DNA from: Selaginella moellendorffii | Taxonomy: Eukaryota > Plantae > Lycopodiophyta | NCBI RefSeq assembly: GCF_000143415.4 | Contig: NW_003314329.1 | Location: 869,763 to 933,762, forward strand | DNA length: 64,000 nucleotides | Direction: 5' to 3' | In this document: positions 52,487-64,000 of the stretch, one piece after another | Layout: each line of letters begins with the position of its first letter | Position numbering within the stretch: position 1 is the stretch's first letter | The notes under the pieces: model-generated | What the model was told of the DNA's origin: nothing | What the model saw: the letters and a program-made list of their open reading frames with translations, nothing else | Database searches by the model: none | Translations under genes and position numbers: made by a program

Positions 52487-55400
52487 ACACCGTGGCTTAA
52501 CAGCCTGGTATGGGTACCTCTACCCCCCCACTTCTATCCCGAAGGGAAGGCCTAAGCCCGTAGGAAGGGCAAGGACTAATGAGTCACTATCAAGACCCCC
52601 AACAAGATCAAGACTGGAAAATGCAAAAGACAAAGAGAAAAGTTAATAGAAACAAAGAAGAGGCCTTAAACTAGTGTTGATTCAGATTGTGGAGAAATGG
52701 AACAAGGCTAACCTATATATACTATAGGTTGATGAAGCTCCACCACTCTTGGATCGAGGACGGCCTAAATATAGCTGAGGTCGAGGAGGCGCCACATCAT
52801 CATCAGGAATGTGGCTCAAGACTTAGGAATTGTACAGGAAATCAGAGAGTCAAGAATAGGGAAAAGTCTCGAGAGTCAGGAATAGGGAAGTGTCTTGAGA
52901 TTCAGGAATGTGGTCTGTAGGTCAGGAATCCAGCGAGATTCAGGAATGTGGTATGAATTGGGGGATTCCTGACAACACCCCCTCCTCAAGAACGAGTGGA
53001 ACGAGGACGTGAATGAGAACGAAGAGGAGGATGAGATGGGCAGCGAGGGACGAGAGATGGAGAGAAAGAATGAGGACTAGGACGAGAAGGATAGCGGCAG
53101 TGGAAGTCCTAAACAAGGTCAAGAGAATGAATCAGGTTGTCCGCAGGTTCCGAAGTGTGTTCTTCAGGTCCATAACCCTTCCAGTCGACCAGATAGTAGA
53201 GTTTAGACCATGAAATCTTGGAATCAAGGATGTCCTAAACCTCGTACTCAGACCCATCCTCAAGCTACACTGGTGGAGGCGGAGGAATGACCCAATTTGG
53301 AATAGGACTGGGAATATAAGACTCAAGGAGAGAGGGGTGAAAAACGGGGTGAATTTGATAGGAGGAGGGAAGTGCAAGGCGATAAATAACAGAATTAATG
53401 ATAGCAGTGATAGGGAAAGGACCAAGGCATTTGAAATTGAGTTTGGGACATAGCCTGGTGGTGGAGATATTTCGCCTGAGGAGCCAGACTTTATCCCCAA
53501 TATTGTAAGGTGGACAATCCTGACGATGGGCATTGGCAAATGTTTTGTGAGATTCCTGAGCACGATGGAGGTGGAAGGAGATGGAGTTGTGGATTTCCTG
53601 GAGGTTGGAGACAAATGTCTCAGAGCAGGGATTTGAATGAGAGGATTCGGATGGAGAAGGAAGTGAGAGATTGAATTAGGGATTTCAGCCAGAGTTCGCA
53701 AAGAAGGGGGAAACTCGAAGAGAGGAGTGAACAAAGTTGTTATAGGAGAACTTAGCAAGGGGAAGGATATCGAACCAGTCATCCTGATGATAGTTGATGA
53801 AGCACCTTAGGAATTGTTCTAACGTCTAAATCATTCACTCGGACTGTCCATCAGTTTGAGGATGATATGCCGAAGAGAGGTTGGCCTTCACTCCAAGCAG
53901 TTGCAAAAACCATTGCCAGAAATGAGAGATGAACTAAGGTCCCCGATCCGAAACCACATCTGCAGGAATCCCATGAAGTCGGAAAATTTCCCTGAATACC
54001 AGTTTTGCCATATCCTCGCCCGAAAACTCCTTGGTACACGGCAAGAACTGCACCATCTTTGTGAAGCGATCCACCATGACTAAAATGCTATTGAAGCCTC
54101 CAGAACTCGAAAGATCACTCAAGAAATCCATGGAGATGGATTCCCAAGGACTTGAAGGGACCGGGAGGGAACGAAGCAAACCTGAAGGAAGGTGGTGAGG
54201 TACCTTATTTCAGTGTCACAGGAGGTAACAAAAGTTTTGATGTAATCGTCCATGTGAGGCCACCAAAAGTCCCGTGCAACCAGCTCATAGGTCTTTGCGA
54301 TGCCGAAGTGACTAGCAGTCGGGCTATCGTGGCACGCCATCAGGACCAACCTTCGAGCATCACCTTCAAGAATGTAAATCTGCTCCCCACGGTATAACAA
54401 GCCATCTAAGAACTCGAACTCGTCAAATCGCCGGCAGTCGGGAGTCACTGGGTGTCCAGCCTGAAGATGGGGGAAAATGTCGCTGGCAAGGTCATCGGAT
54501 TGAAGATCATTTCTGATCGCATCCATCAAGGAGGAGTCTTGAGGGGCCAGGGAAATTTCCATAACTTGAAGCCGATTAGGACCACAGATAACTTGATCCT
54601 GTTGATCGAAGGTAGGATTACCAGGCCTGAGACTAAGATAGGAGCGCCTTAAAAGAGCATTAGGAAGGCCTTGAAGCTTTCCAGGTCTATACTTGATAAC
54701 AAAGTCAAACCGACTTAGGAATTGTGCCCACCTTGCTTGACGATGGCTCAAAACTCGGGAAGTGGCAAAGTACTCAAGATTTTTGTGATCCATCCAGACT
54801 GTTGTTTGATGGCCCGCCCCCTCCAAGAAACGGTGCCACTCTCCAAAGGAATCCACGATGGCAAGGAGCTCCTTGTCGTGGATTTCGTAATTGATCTCCG
54901 TAGGCTGGAATTTCCGAGAATGGAAAGCAATCGGATGAAGTTCGTGATCCGCTCCGAGTTGAGACAACATAGCACCGATGGCAAAGTCGGAGGCGTCAGC
55001 CTCGATGAAGAAAGGTTGTGAGGGATCAGCGTGGATCAAGACGTGAGCAGAACTGAAGGCCGCCTTGGGTGTGTCGAAGGCCTGTTGGGCAGCAGCAGAC
55101 CAAGAGAAGGGAACATCCTTGCGAGTGAGATGCGTGAGAGGAAGGACAATGTCAGAGTAGTGATCAATGAATTTGCAGTAGAAGTTGGCGAAGCCAAGGA
55201 GAACCTGAACGTCCGACATTGATTGTGGAGGCTCCCATTCGAGAATAGTCTTGACTTTGGCAGGATCCATTGTGATACCCTCATGAGTGACAATGTACCC
55301 AAGGAACTCCACAGACTGCTGATCGAAGGAACATTTCTCAAGCTTCGTGTATAGGCCGTGTTCTTGCAGCTTTGCCAGCACCTTGCGTACATGTTTGTCA

Positions 55401-55899
55401 TGCTCCTCCTGAGTTTTTGAGTAGATGAGGATGTCATTGAGGTAGAAGATCACCATCTGATCAAGAAACTCTCGAAAGACGTCGTTCACCATGTGTTGGA
55501 AAACTGCTGGAGCATTTGTCAGGCCAAATGGCATGACAGTGTACTCGAAGTGGCCATAGCGGGTTCGGAACGCAGTCTTCCATTCATCACCAGGCCGGAT
55601 CCGGATTAGGTTGTATGCTCCACAGAGGTTGATCTTGGTGAAAAAGCGGGCACTGCCGAGGCGTTCCGACTGGTCCGAGATCAGGGGCAGCGGATAACGG
55701 TTCCGAACAGTCACCTTGTTCAAACCTCGGTAGTCGATGACTAGCCGCAAACTCCCATCCTTCTTCTTGACAAAGAAGATAGGCACTCCAGCCGGGGACT
55801 ACGAATGCTGAATGTACCCCAAGGCAAGGTTCTCATCCACGTACTCTTTGAGGGCATTAAGCTCGGATGGGGATAACCCGTAGATAAGCCCCCACGAAG

Positions 55900-57021
55900 T
55901 GTAAGCCACAAATTTTTCCTTTCCAATTTGCTAGCTTACCTCGTCTATTCGACCAACACTGCCTTGGCTTGTGTTAAGTTCCCTCGCTAAGGTTCCTGCC
56001 TATTGTACTAGCTCTTACTTGGTCCTACTTGGTTTTAGCTACTCACTGCACAAGCAATGAAGCGTTAGCCATCCATCCACGGATTCCCAAATCTCTCCCA
56101 ATCCCCCTCCCTAGGTTAGACTGGACTTAAGGTTCGGCTACACTCCCCGTAGGCACAAGCAGCCAAGCACACCAAGCCTCCAGGTTCCTAACACCCCTTG
56201 GTACCACAAGACTTGATCATGGGACCCTCTAAATCCCAAGCCTTGGGTGCAACACTTGCTTCGGGACATCGGGGAGAAACACCGTGGCCTAACGGCCCGG
56301 TATGGGTACCTCTACCCCCCCACTCCCATCCCGAAGGGAAGGCCCAAGCCCCTAGGAAGGGCGAGGACTAATGAGCCACAAGGTACTCAAGTGGGGCACC
56401 ACTCCACATGAGCCGGGAGCACCGCAGTTGGGTTCCCTTTCGGGAGTGGGAGCTGCTCTTGAGCACTTCCCTAGGTGGCCCCTCCGGCACCACCTAAGCC
56501 CATGCTCACTCCCACCTAAGGCCCCTCGGCCCCAGTCTCAACCTCAAGTTAGTTTGGAAGCACCACTGGAGAGTTCCTTCAAGACTAGTTCCTGGACCTC
56601 ACTATCCCTACTATACTTTTGGAACCCCTTGCAGCCCCCCCCCCCCTGGGAGACGCACGCTTTGGGCTTTCACCCCTTGACCCGTATTAGTATTTGGACT
56701 TAGTCTCAGATTCAATCTCAGACTCGATCTCGGACTCAATCTCGGACCCGATCTCGGACTCGACTTCGGACTCGTCCTCGGACTTGGTCTCAGACCCGAT
56801 TTGGATCTCGGACTTCGTCTTGAACTCGGTCTCGAACTCGGTCTCGATCTCGATCTCCGATTCGGCCTTGGCTCGATCCCGGACTCTATCTCGAACTCGG
56901 TCTCAGAGTTGGTCTTGGACTCGATCTTCGACTCGGTCCCATCCAATGAACTCTTTGTCATTTCAATCAAGCTTTCGGGGATTTTTTAGCCTACCACATC
57001 TTAGGGAGTCGGTTTCTTACA
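55900..57021 (-). mobile_element. Family B solo LTR inserted in the pol of the Tcn1-like element
   Basis: tgtaagc...cttaca ends, TSD cgaag/cggag. Splits the ...GASPP/WGLIYGLS linker. Confidence 0.9.
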
Positions 57022-58887
57022 CGGAGGTGATGCTCCTTTCTGTAAATCAATGGGACAGTCATAAGGCTGATGAATAGGTAGTACACTAGCTTTTTTCTTG
57101 TCAAACACATCCCCAAAATCATGATACTTCTCAGGAAGACTGACAGGAGAAACATGCAAAGCAAAAAGGAAAATAGGTTCTTCATGAAGGAGTTCTTTCA
57201 TAGTGATTGTGGAGATAGGAGGAGGCGTACGACTAAATGGAATGATGAGACGAGGATACTGTCCAGTGTAAGATGGAAGAGAGGAAAAAGAAGAGGGTGA
57301 AAACTTTGTAGAGTCAAGAACAGAACCCTGATTTGAGTTTAGGGGACTTTTCCTGATTCGAACTAGATGAACAGCAGGGGAAGCCATAGGAGATGGTGAT
57401 GTGGGAGAGATGAGCTGTAATTCCTTCCAATAGATTTGAGGTTGATGTAGTTGGAACCAAGGAAGACCGAGCACCACAGAGGAGGACTTGCTGTTGATGA
57501 TGTTGAAGGTGATATCGGTGACGATAGACCCGATGTGTACTCGAATGGGCAACATTTCCCTAAGTCCAAAAGATGGAGACACAAAATGCCTGCTGATGCC
57601 TTCAACACTCAGATCCCGTATGGTAGAAGAAAGAGGAACGTGATGTCGGGCAAAAAAGTCCGTGTCCATGAAGCAGGAAGTTGCACCTGAGTCCAGTAGC
57701 GCTAGAGCCTTGAGTCCTGATTGTTCGGTGAAAGAAAAGAAACATGGGACGCGGAAGTTGTGGGTATTGGTGGTGGCTTTGATGAAAGGTGGTGAGGAGC
57801 TTGATAAAGAAGAAAAGTAATTTTTATTCGGGGAGTCCAAACATACAGCTCCTACTCTGTTTGGACAGGGTCGTTTCCCGACTGCAACAAAAGTGGATTT
57901 TGAGGCAAAGTGAACTCGAGTAGTCGGGGAGGCTGGTCCCAATTAGGATCCGCACAGTAGAGGCAAAGATTATGAGATATTCGACGTTGCTTCTCAGCAG
58001 AACTCAACTTCCTTTTGATGAGTCAGGGAGTACCAGAAATATCCATCGGGATCGGAGCAGTAGGTTCAGGAGTATGCCCCGAAGACTCAAGCTGGGATTC
58101 CTGAGTCTGGGACGGAAAAACAGCGGCGCGGTGACTTTCTTGACGACGCTCAAAGAGACAATTGTCACATCGAATAGCTTTATTGATGGCGTCCGACAGG
58201 TCCTTGGGATCCTCCATAGTAAGCAACAAATCCTTGACACCGTTGTTGAGGCCGAAACGAGATTGGTCAATCAGGGCCCGCTCATCCCACTGAGTGTCCA
58301 AGGCAAGGAGTTGGAACTCTGCAGCGTAAATCGAGGCAGGACGAGACCCCTGAGAGAAACGTCTCATCTTTGTGGTAGCAGCCCGAACCCGATCCATCTC
58401 GCCAAAACATGTTTCGAGCTTCTCTTTGAACAATTAAAGATCCATCAGCTCCGGAACCACGACCCCTTTCATGTTCTTCTCCAGAAGAGGAGAAAACCAT
58501 GACAAAGTTGCAGCTTCAAGCAATGTCCCAATCACGCCAATTTGAGACTCGGGAGTGGGGTACTGTCGATGTTGAAGTGCGAAGATCAGCTCCATTTAGT
58601 TTAGGAATCCGCGAAGCTTCAAACGCTTGCCTGAAAATTTCGCCGGGAAACTCACCTTTGGTTCAGGAACTTTGCTAGATCCTTGAGCCGAAAGTGAAGC
58701 AAGCTCCTGCTACATGCGAAGAAGGGTCGCCTTCAGCTTGGTATTCTCAGACTGGATTTTTGCAAGGACTTCGGCAAAGAAATCAGGATGGCTTGGAGAC
58801 TCCATCGGCAGAAAGAAAGAAAAAGGGGGAAAAAAGGCAAAGGCAGTCAAATAATCAAAACGAGCTAAAGGAAAAAAAATGAAAAAA

Positions 58888-58902
58888 CACAATCTGAATC
58901 AA
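58888..58902 (-). promoter_or_regulatory. Non-tRNA primer binding site (self-priming type)
   Basis: Minus-strand TTGATTCAGATTGTG directly after the 5' LTR, complementary to minus-strand LTR sequence at 52677-52691 (15/15) and 58994-59008 (14/15). Confidence 0.7.
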
Positions 58903-60732
58903 ACGATCAAGACCCCCAACAAGATCAAGACTGGAAAATGCAAAAGACAAAGAGAAAAACTAATAAAAACAAAGAAGAGGCCTTAGACTGGTGTTGATTC
59001 AAATTGTGGATAAATGGAACAAGGCTAACCTATATATACTATAGGTTGATGAAGCTCCACCACTCTTGGATTGAGGATGGCCTAAATATAGCTGAGGTTG
59101 AGGAGGCACCACATCATCATCAGGAATGTGGCTCAAGACTTAGGAATCGTACAGGAAATCAGAGAGTCAGAAATAGGGAAGTCTCGAGAGTCAGGAATAG
59201 GGAAGTGTCTTGAGAATTAGGAATATGGTCTACAAGTCAGGAATCCAGCAAGATTCAGGAATGTGGTATGAATTGGGAGATTCCTGACAGCCACAAGGTA
59301 CTCAAGTGGGGCACCACTCCACATGAGCTAAGACCACTGCAGTCGGTTTCCCTTTCGGGAGTGGGAGCTGCTCTTGAGCACTTGCTTGGGTGGCCCCTCA
59401 GGCACCACCCGAGTCCATACTCACTCCCACCCAAGGCCCCTTGGCCCCAGCCTCAACCTCAAGTCAGTTTGGAAGTACCACTGCAGAGTTCCTTCAAGAC
59501 TGGTTCCTAGACCTCACTATTCCTACTATACTTTTGGAACCCCCTCTAGCCCCCCCCCCCCTAGGAGACGTACGCTTTGGGCTTTCACCCCTTGACCCAT
59601 ATAAGTACTCAAACTCAGTCTCGGACTCGATCTTGGATTCGATCTCGGACCTGACTTTGGACTCAGTCTCGGAGTTGATCTCGGACCCGATCTCGGACTC
59701 GACTTTGGACTCGACCTCGGACACAGTCTTGGATCTGATTCAGATTTCAGACTCTATCTCAAACTTGGTCTCGAACTTGGTCTCTGATTCGGCCTCAAAC
59801 TCAATCCCGGACTCTATCTCGAACTCAGTCTTAGAGTCGGTCTTGGACTCGATCTCCGACACGGTCCCATCTAATGAACTCTTTGTCATTTCGGTCATGC
59901 TTTGGGGGATCCTTTAGCCTACAAGACGTCAGGGAGTTGGTTCCTTACAACTCCACCACCCATAGAAGAAGTTTGATGCCCACATCAAATGTCTCTTTTT
60001 ATCCTACGACTTGTTGACCATGTCTCCTGGGGCATCCCCCAAATTAGCGGTGTGCCTAAGTTAGCCTCTCCAGCCAAGAGCCCATGACAATGGAATATAA
60101 GTGTCCCTATACCCCTCACCCCACCACGCCCTAGTATGGGGTTGGGACTTGAACCTAGCCTTGCTTTACTAGGGGGTTGGGACTTGAACCCAACCTTCGT
60201 AGAATATGTCTACGAATTCGACATCCCCGTGGGGAGTTGGGCGTAGTTCTTTACGCCTGATCGACCTAGCTAACCCATGCTAATTAGCTTACCTTCGGCG
60301 CGCCTTCGGGTCCCAATATATGCCATTGCTCAATGTCACAAATTGATACTTTAATTGAACTTTGCATAAGTACATAGAGTTCTGCCTTGCAGAAATTCCT
60401 CCACTAGATCTCGCACGTTTGCTAGGTTTTCCTCCGGTTCCGATGTTGCTTTGCAGTGTGGAAATCCTTTCCACTTCATATGGAACTCTCTCATCTTGCG
60501 TCCTTGTCGCTTGCTCTTGCATGCATTGAGGATAGCCTTGACTTCGTATTCCTCTTCCCCTTGGATAACCTCAGGTAAAGGTCTTACTTAGTCCTTGCAA
60601 AGCGGATCCTCAAAGTATGGCTTGAGTAAGTTCACGTGGAACACTAGGTGCATCTTCCCCATCTCTCGAGGAAGTCGGAGACGGTAAGCCACTTTATCGA
60701 TTTGTGCCTCAATCTCATAAGGCCCCACGAAC

Positions 60733-60784
60733 CTGCTTAAGGAACTCAAGATCAATTCATTTACAGGAATACATGCAGTTTTAC
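60733..60784 (-). other. 52-nt GT-AG intron-like insertion in integrase
   Basis: Removing it restores KLTQRFVGPYE. AGGT is present at both junctions. Confidence 0.7.
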
Positions 60785-63700
60785 CTTTGGGTCAACTTTC
60801 GGCTGATCCCACTTGGTAGCCTGAGGTTCTTGGTGTTCAGCCACACCTTCTCCCCAGCTTGGAACTCTAAATCCTGGCGCTTTTGGTTCGCGTACCTGGT
60901 TTGCCTTTGTTGAGCCCATTCCAAGGAATCCCTCACTAGATTCCAAATGTTGAGTTTTTCTGCCGTGAATGCCTCCACTGCGGGTAACTCTCCATGAGAC
61001 TCGGCCATGCCGAGTTCCACAGGACCTTCAATAGCTCGCCCATTGATGACTTCCCATGGACTCACCCCGATACTCAAATGTGGTGAGTTGTTATAACACA
61101 TTTCCGCAAGTCCCAAATGACTTACCCAATCGGTCTGGTCTCCCAAGACATAGCATCGCAAATAATCCTCCAACTGCCTATTCACCCTTTCTGTTTGTCC
61201 GTCTATCAAGAAGTGTTAGTGCCATCAAACTTGACTTAATACCCAATACCTGTCTGTGGGTGATAGGCTGTGCTGAATTTCAACTTGGTGCGATACTATT
61301 CCAAGAGAGTTCTCCAAAACCTACTAATGAAGATCTTATCTCGATCTGAGATAATCTCTTCTGGCCTTCTCCGCACTTGAACCACTTGTTCGAAGAACAA
61401 CTTTGCCACGCCTTCCGCATCCACTTCCGTTGTGGTGGGTATGAAATGTGCCATCTTCGAAAATCAGTCCACCACCACGAATATTACATTGAACCCCTCG
61501 CTTGGGGGGAGTTTCGTGATGAAGTCCATCGTAAGACATTTCCAAGGATGATATAGAATTGGGATACTTTGTAACAAGCCCCCACTTGCCTTAGTCATGG
61601 CTTTGACTTGCTGACATGTTGGACATGTCTTAACATAGTCTTGGACGTCCTTAGCGATATCTGGCCAATGATACTTCCTCTTGAGTAAGCCCATCGTCTT
61701 GGGCACTCTACTGTGTCCCACAAGAGATCCATCATGACAGTCTTCTAAAGCTACCTTCCTTAGTTCCCCTTCTAGAATATACACCCTCGTTTGCTTGTAA
61801 TAGATGAGTCTGTTGCATTCCGCATAGCTTATTTTCTGTTCTGTTGGCAACTCACCTCTCTGGTGAGCTTCCTATGCCTCTAGATTCCTCAGCAACACTT
61901 CTTGTGCTAGACCATCATTCTCATATGCTGTCCGCACATCATCCCAAAAGGTTGCTATCGCGTTGGATATCGCTAACTTCAAGCTCGCATTTCGACTTAG
62001 GGCATCCACCACGATGTTACTCTTCCTAGGCTTGTATAGAATCTCACAATCAAACTCAGCCAAAGCATTGACCCGTTGACCTTGTTTCCCTCTCAGATCG
62101 GGCTGTGACAAGAAGTGTTTCGTTGCCACATTATTCGTGTAAACCTTGAAGTGTCTCCCAAGGTAGTGTCGCCACTCCTTGAGCGCCTTGACCACTGCAT
62201 ACAATTCCTTCTCGTGGGCAGGCCACTTCTGTTGAGCCTTGTCCAACTTCTTTGAGAAGAACGCTACTGGATGGTTGTCTTGCTTCAAAATTGCGCCTAA
62301 CACAAAGTCTGAAGCATCCATTTCTACCTCAAAGTCCTTACCAAAGTTTGGTAATGCCAACACGGGAGCCTTCCTCAACTTCTCTTTGAGGTGGACAAAT
62401 GCCACTTCGCATTCTGCTGTTCATACCATCTTCCCTTTTCCCATTTGGTCCATTAAGGGCAGAGCTACTCTTGAATAGTGTCTGATAAACTTCTGGTAAT
62501 AGTTGCATAGCCCCAACAATGCCCTTAACTTGTGTACATTTGATGGTCGCTCCCAATCCTGGATCGCTTGGACCTTCTCAGGGTCCACTTTAAGCCCGTC
62601 CTTGCCCACCACATGCCCGAGAAACTTTACCTCTTGTTGAGCAAAGTTATATTTGCTCTCTTTAGCATACAGCTGATGTTCCCTTAGTTTCTCAAACACC
62701 TTTATTAAGTGTTCGACATGCTCCTCTAGTGTTTCGCTATAGATCAAGATGTCGTCAATATAGATGACCATAAAGTGATCCAGATAGGGTACAAAGATGT
62801 GGTTCATCAACGCCGAAGACATTGCTGGTGCATTGCATAGCCCAAAGGGCATCACCAGAAACTCAAAGCTCCCATACCTTGTTTAACAAATTGTCTTCTT
62901 GACATCTTCCTCTGCTACCCTGATCTTGTAGTATCCTGACCTTAGGTCAATACTCGAGAAGTATTTTGCCTTTCCCAACCTATTGAACAGTTCCTCAATC
63001 CTTGGCAAAGGGTATTTGTTCTTCTTTGTATACTTGTTGAGCAACCGGTAGTCTATGCATATGCGCATAGATCCATCTTTTTTTTTCACAAATAACACCA
63101 GTGCCCCATATGGCAACTTGCTCAACCTAACATACCCTTTGTTCACCAACTCCTCTAGTTGGCGCTTGAGCTCCTCAATTCCTTTTCGTTCAAATGATAG
63201 CGGGGACGAACCACCGCCTCAGCACCCTCGACCAGCTCAATCTTATGTTCTATCGATCGTGCGGGGGCCAATCCCGCCGATAGCTCCTCTGGCATGGTAT
63301 CCTAGAATTGGTCCAACACCTGCTGGATCACTAAAGATACTTCTTCCATTCCCATTTTTTTGTCACTCTTCACCGAGAGTAAGCACAAAAATGCTACCTT
63401 GGTTCCTTTAGTGAGTTTTCCTCTTGTAGACACCAGGTTTAGGTAGGAATCTTTGGCCTTGCATTGCCCTACCTTTAGATCTTGGGCCTCTACCTTTAGA
63501 TCTTGGGCCTCCACCTTGGATCTTCTTCCTTGGGCATTCGCTAGTACCATAAGGTTCTTACTTTGTCCATGCAGGGCTACCATGAACCAATTGAACTAAT
63601 CCAACCCGAAGATTACGTCAAATCCCGCCATGTCCAACACGGTGAAATCCATGTCTACTTTCCATGTCCCTACTTCGACTCTCGCTTGTCGAAGTACCTC

Positions 63701-64000
63701 ATCGGTGCTATAGCTGCCTTGAACAAACTCTATAGTCCTTGGTTCGCCCAGCCGCTACACCGTTAGTCCGGCTTGCCGGACTATGTCTGCAGCCACAAAA
63801 TTATCCGAAGCACCCGTGTCAATAAAGATCTTAACAAAGCTACCTCCGAGCTTCCCTCGGAGGGATAGTAGATGTCGCGAACGACTCTCTACCAAAGTTG
63901 CTCGTGTAATGAGTAACTTTGAGTTAGGGACTGGATCATATACCTCAGTTTGGATTTCACCGAACTTAATGGCCATATTGGCTCTAGCCTTCTCCGGGTA

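Larger units (their letters stand above)
52588..59289 (-). mobile_element. Full-length Tcn1/Tf1-like chromovirus (LTRs 52588-52974 and 58905-59289), degenerate
   Basis: About 386-bp LTR pair, TSD gtcac/gccac, PPT 52975-52989. Gag PIPMDI and CLYC, protease LLDSGAT, RT-RNase H ORF 54119-55786, integrase with chromodomain YLVDWKGYGPEE. Confidence 0.92.
52487..64000 (-). mobile_element. Family B Ty3/gypsy chromovirus: 3' LTR (52487-52587 plus 59290-59949, truncated and interrupted) and degenerate pol running off the window
   Basis: Protease FIDTGAS, RT YIDDILI, RNase H DASDF, integrase HHCC/DDE/GPY and chromodomain EYEVKAIL...WKGF. Purine-rich minus-strand tract at 59950-59962 abuts the LTR. Confidence 0.85.

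Noticed and set aside
53132-53782. 216-aa hydrophobic ORF as an env-like extra gene
   Set aside because: It is an alternative frame over the stop-interrupted integrase C-terminus and chromodomain.
63468-63525. KVEAQDL repeat in pol
   Set aside because: A simple 21-bp tandem duplication in the protease-RT linker of a dead element.

Overview
Eukaryotic plant nuclear DNA, most consistent with a compact lycophyte genome such as Selaginella. This is inferred from 45-70 nt introns, very short intergenic distances, many PLS-type PPR fragments and Tcn1-like chromoviruses. A gene island (about 25-36.6 kb) holds a secreted bulb-type-lectin fusion protein, a 2OG/Fe(II) dioxygenase, a peroxisomal ACX3-like acyl-CoA oxidase, a STAND-like P-loop ATPase, a CRAL-TRIO protein and a START/SRPBCC protein. 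A pseudogenised partial copy of the dioxygenase-ACX block (6.5-8.6 kb) and a second lectin-fusion paralog (11 kb) lie upstream. The rest is nested Ty3/gypsy LTR elements and solo LTRs, Copia and LINE relics, PPR pseudogene fragments, a decayed Crinkler-like NTPase/PHD/nuclease gene and a 1.9-kb foldback. The most notable observations are: (i) two secreted proteins with an unrecognised N-terminal domain fused to a GNA-type lectin, (ii) a 52-nt GT-AG insertion with AGGT at both junctions inside a retrotransposon integrase, whose removal restores the reading frame, (iii) a chromovirus whose PBS position is complementary to its own predicted transcript 5' end (Tf1-type self-priming), and (iv) the Crinkler-like relic. 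No complete new system can be proven from the sequence alone. All protein family calls are by motif recognition, not database search, and exon boundaries were read by eye.
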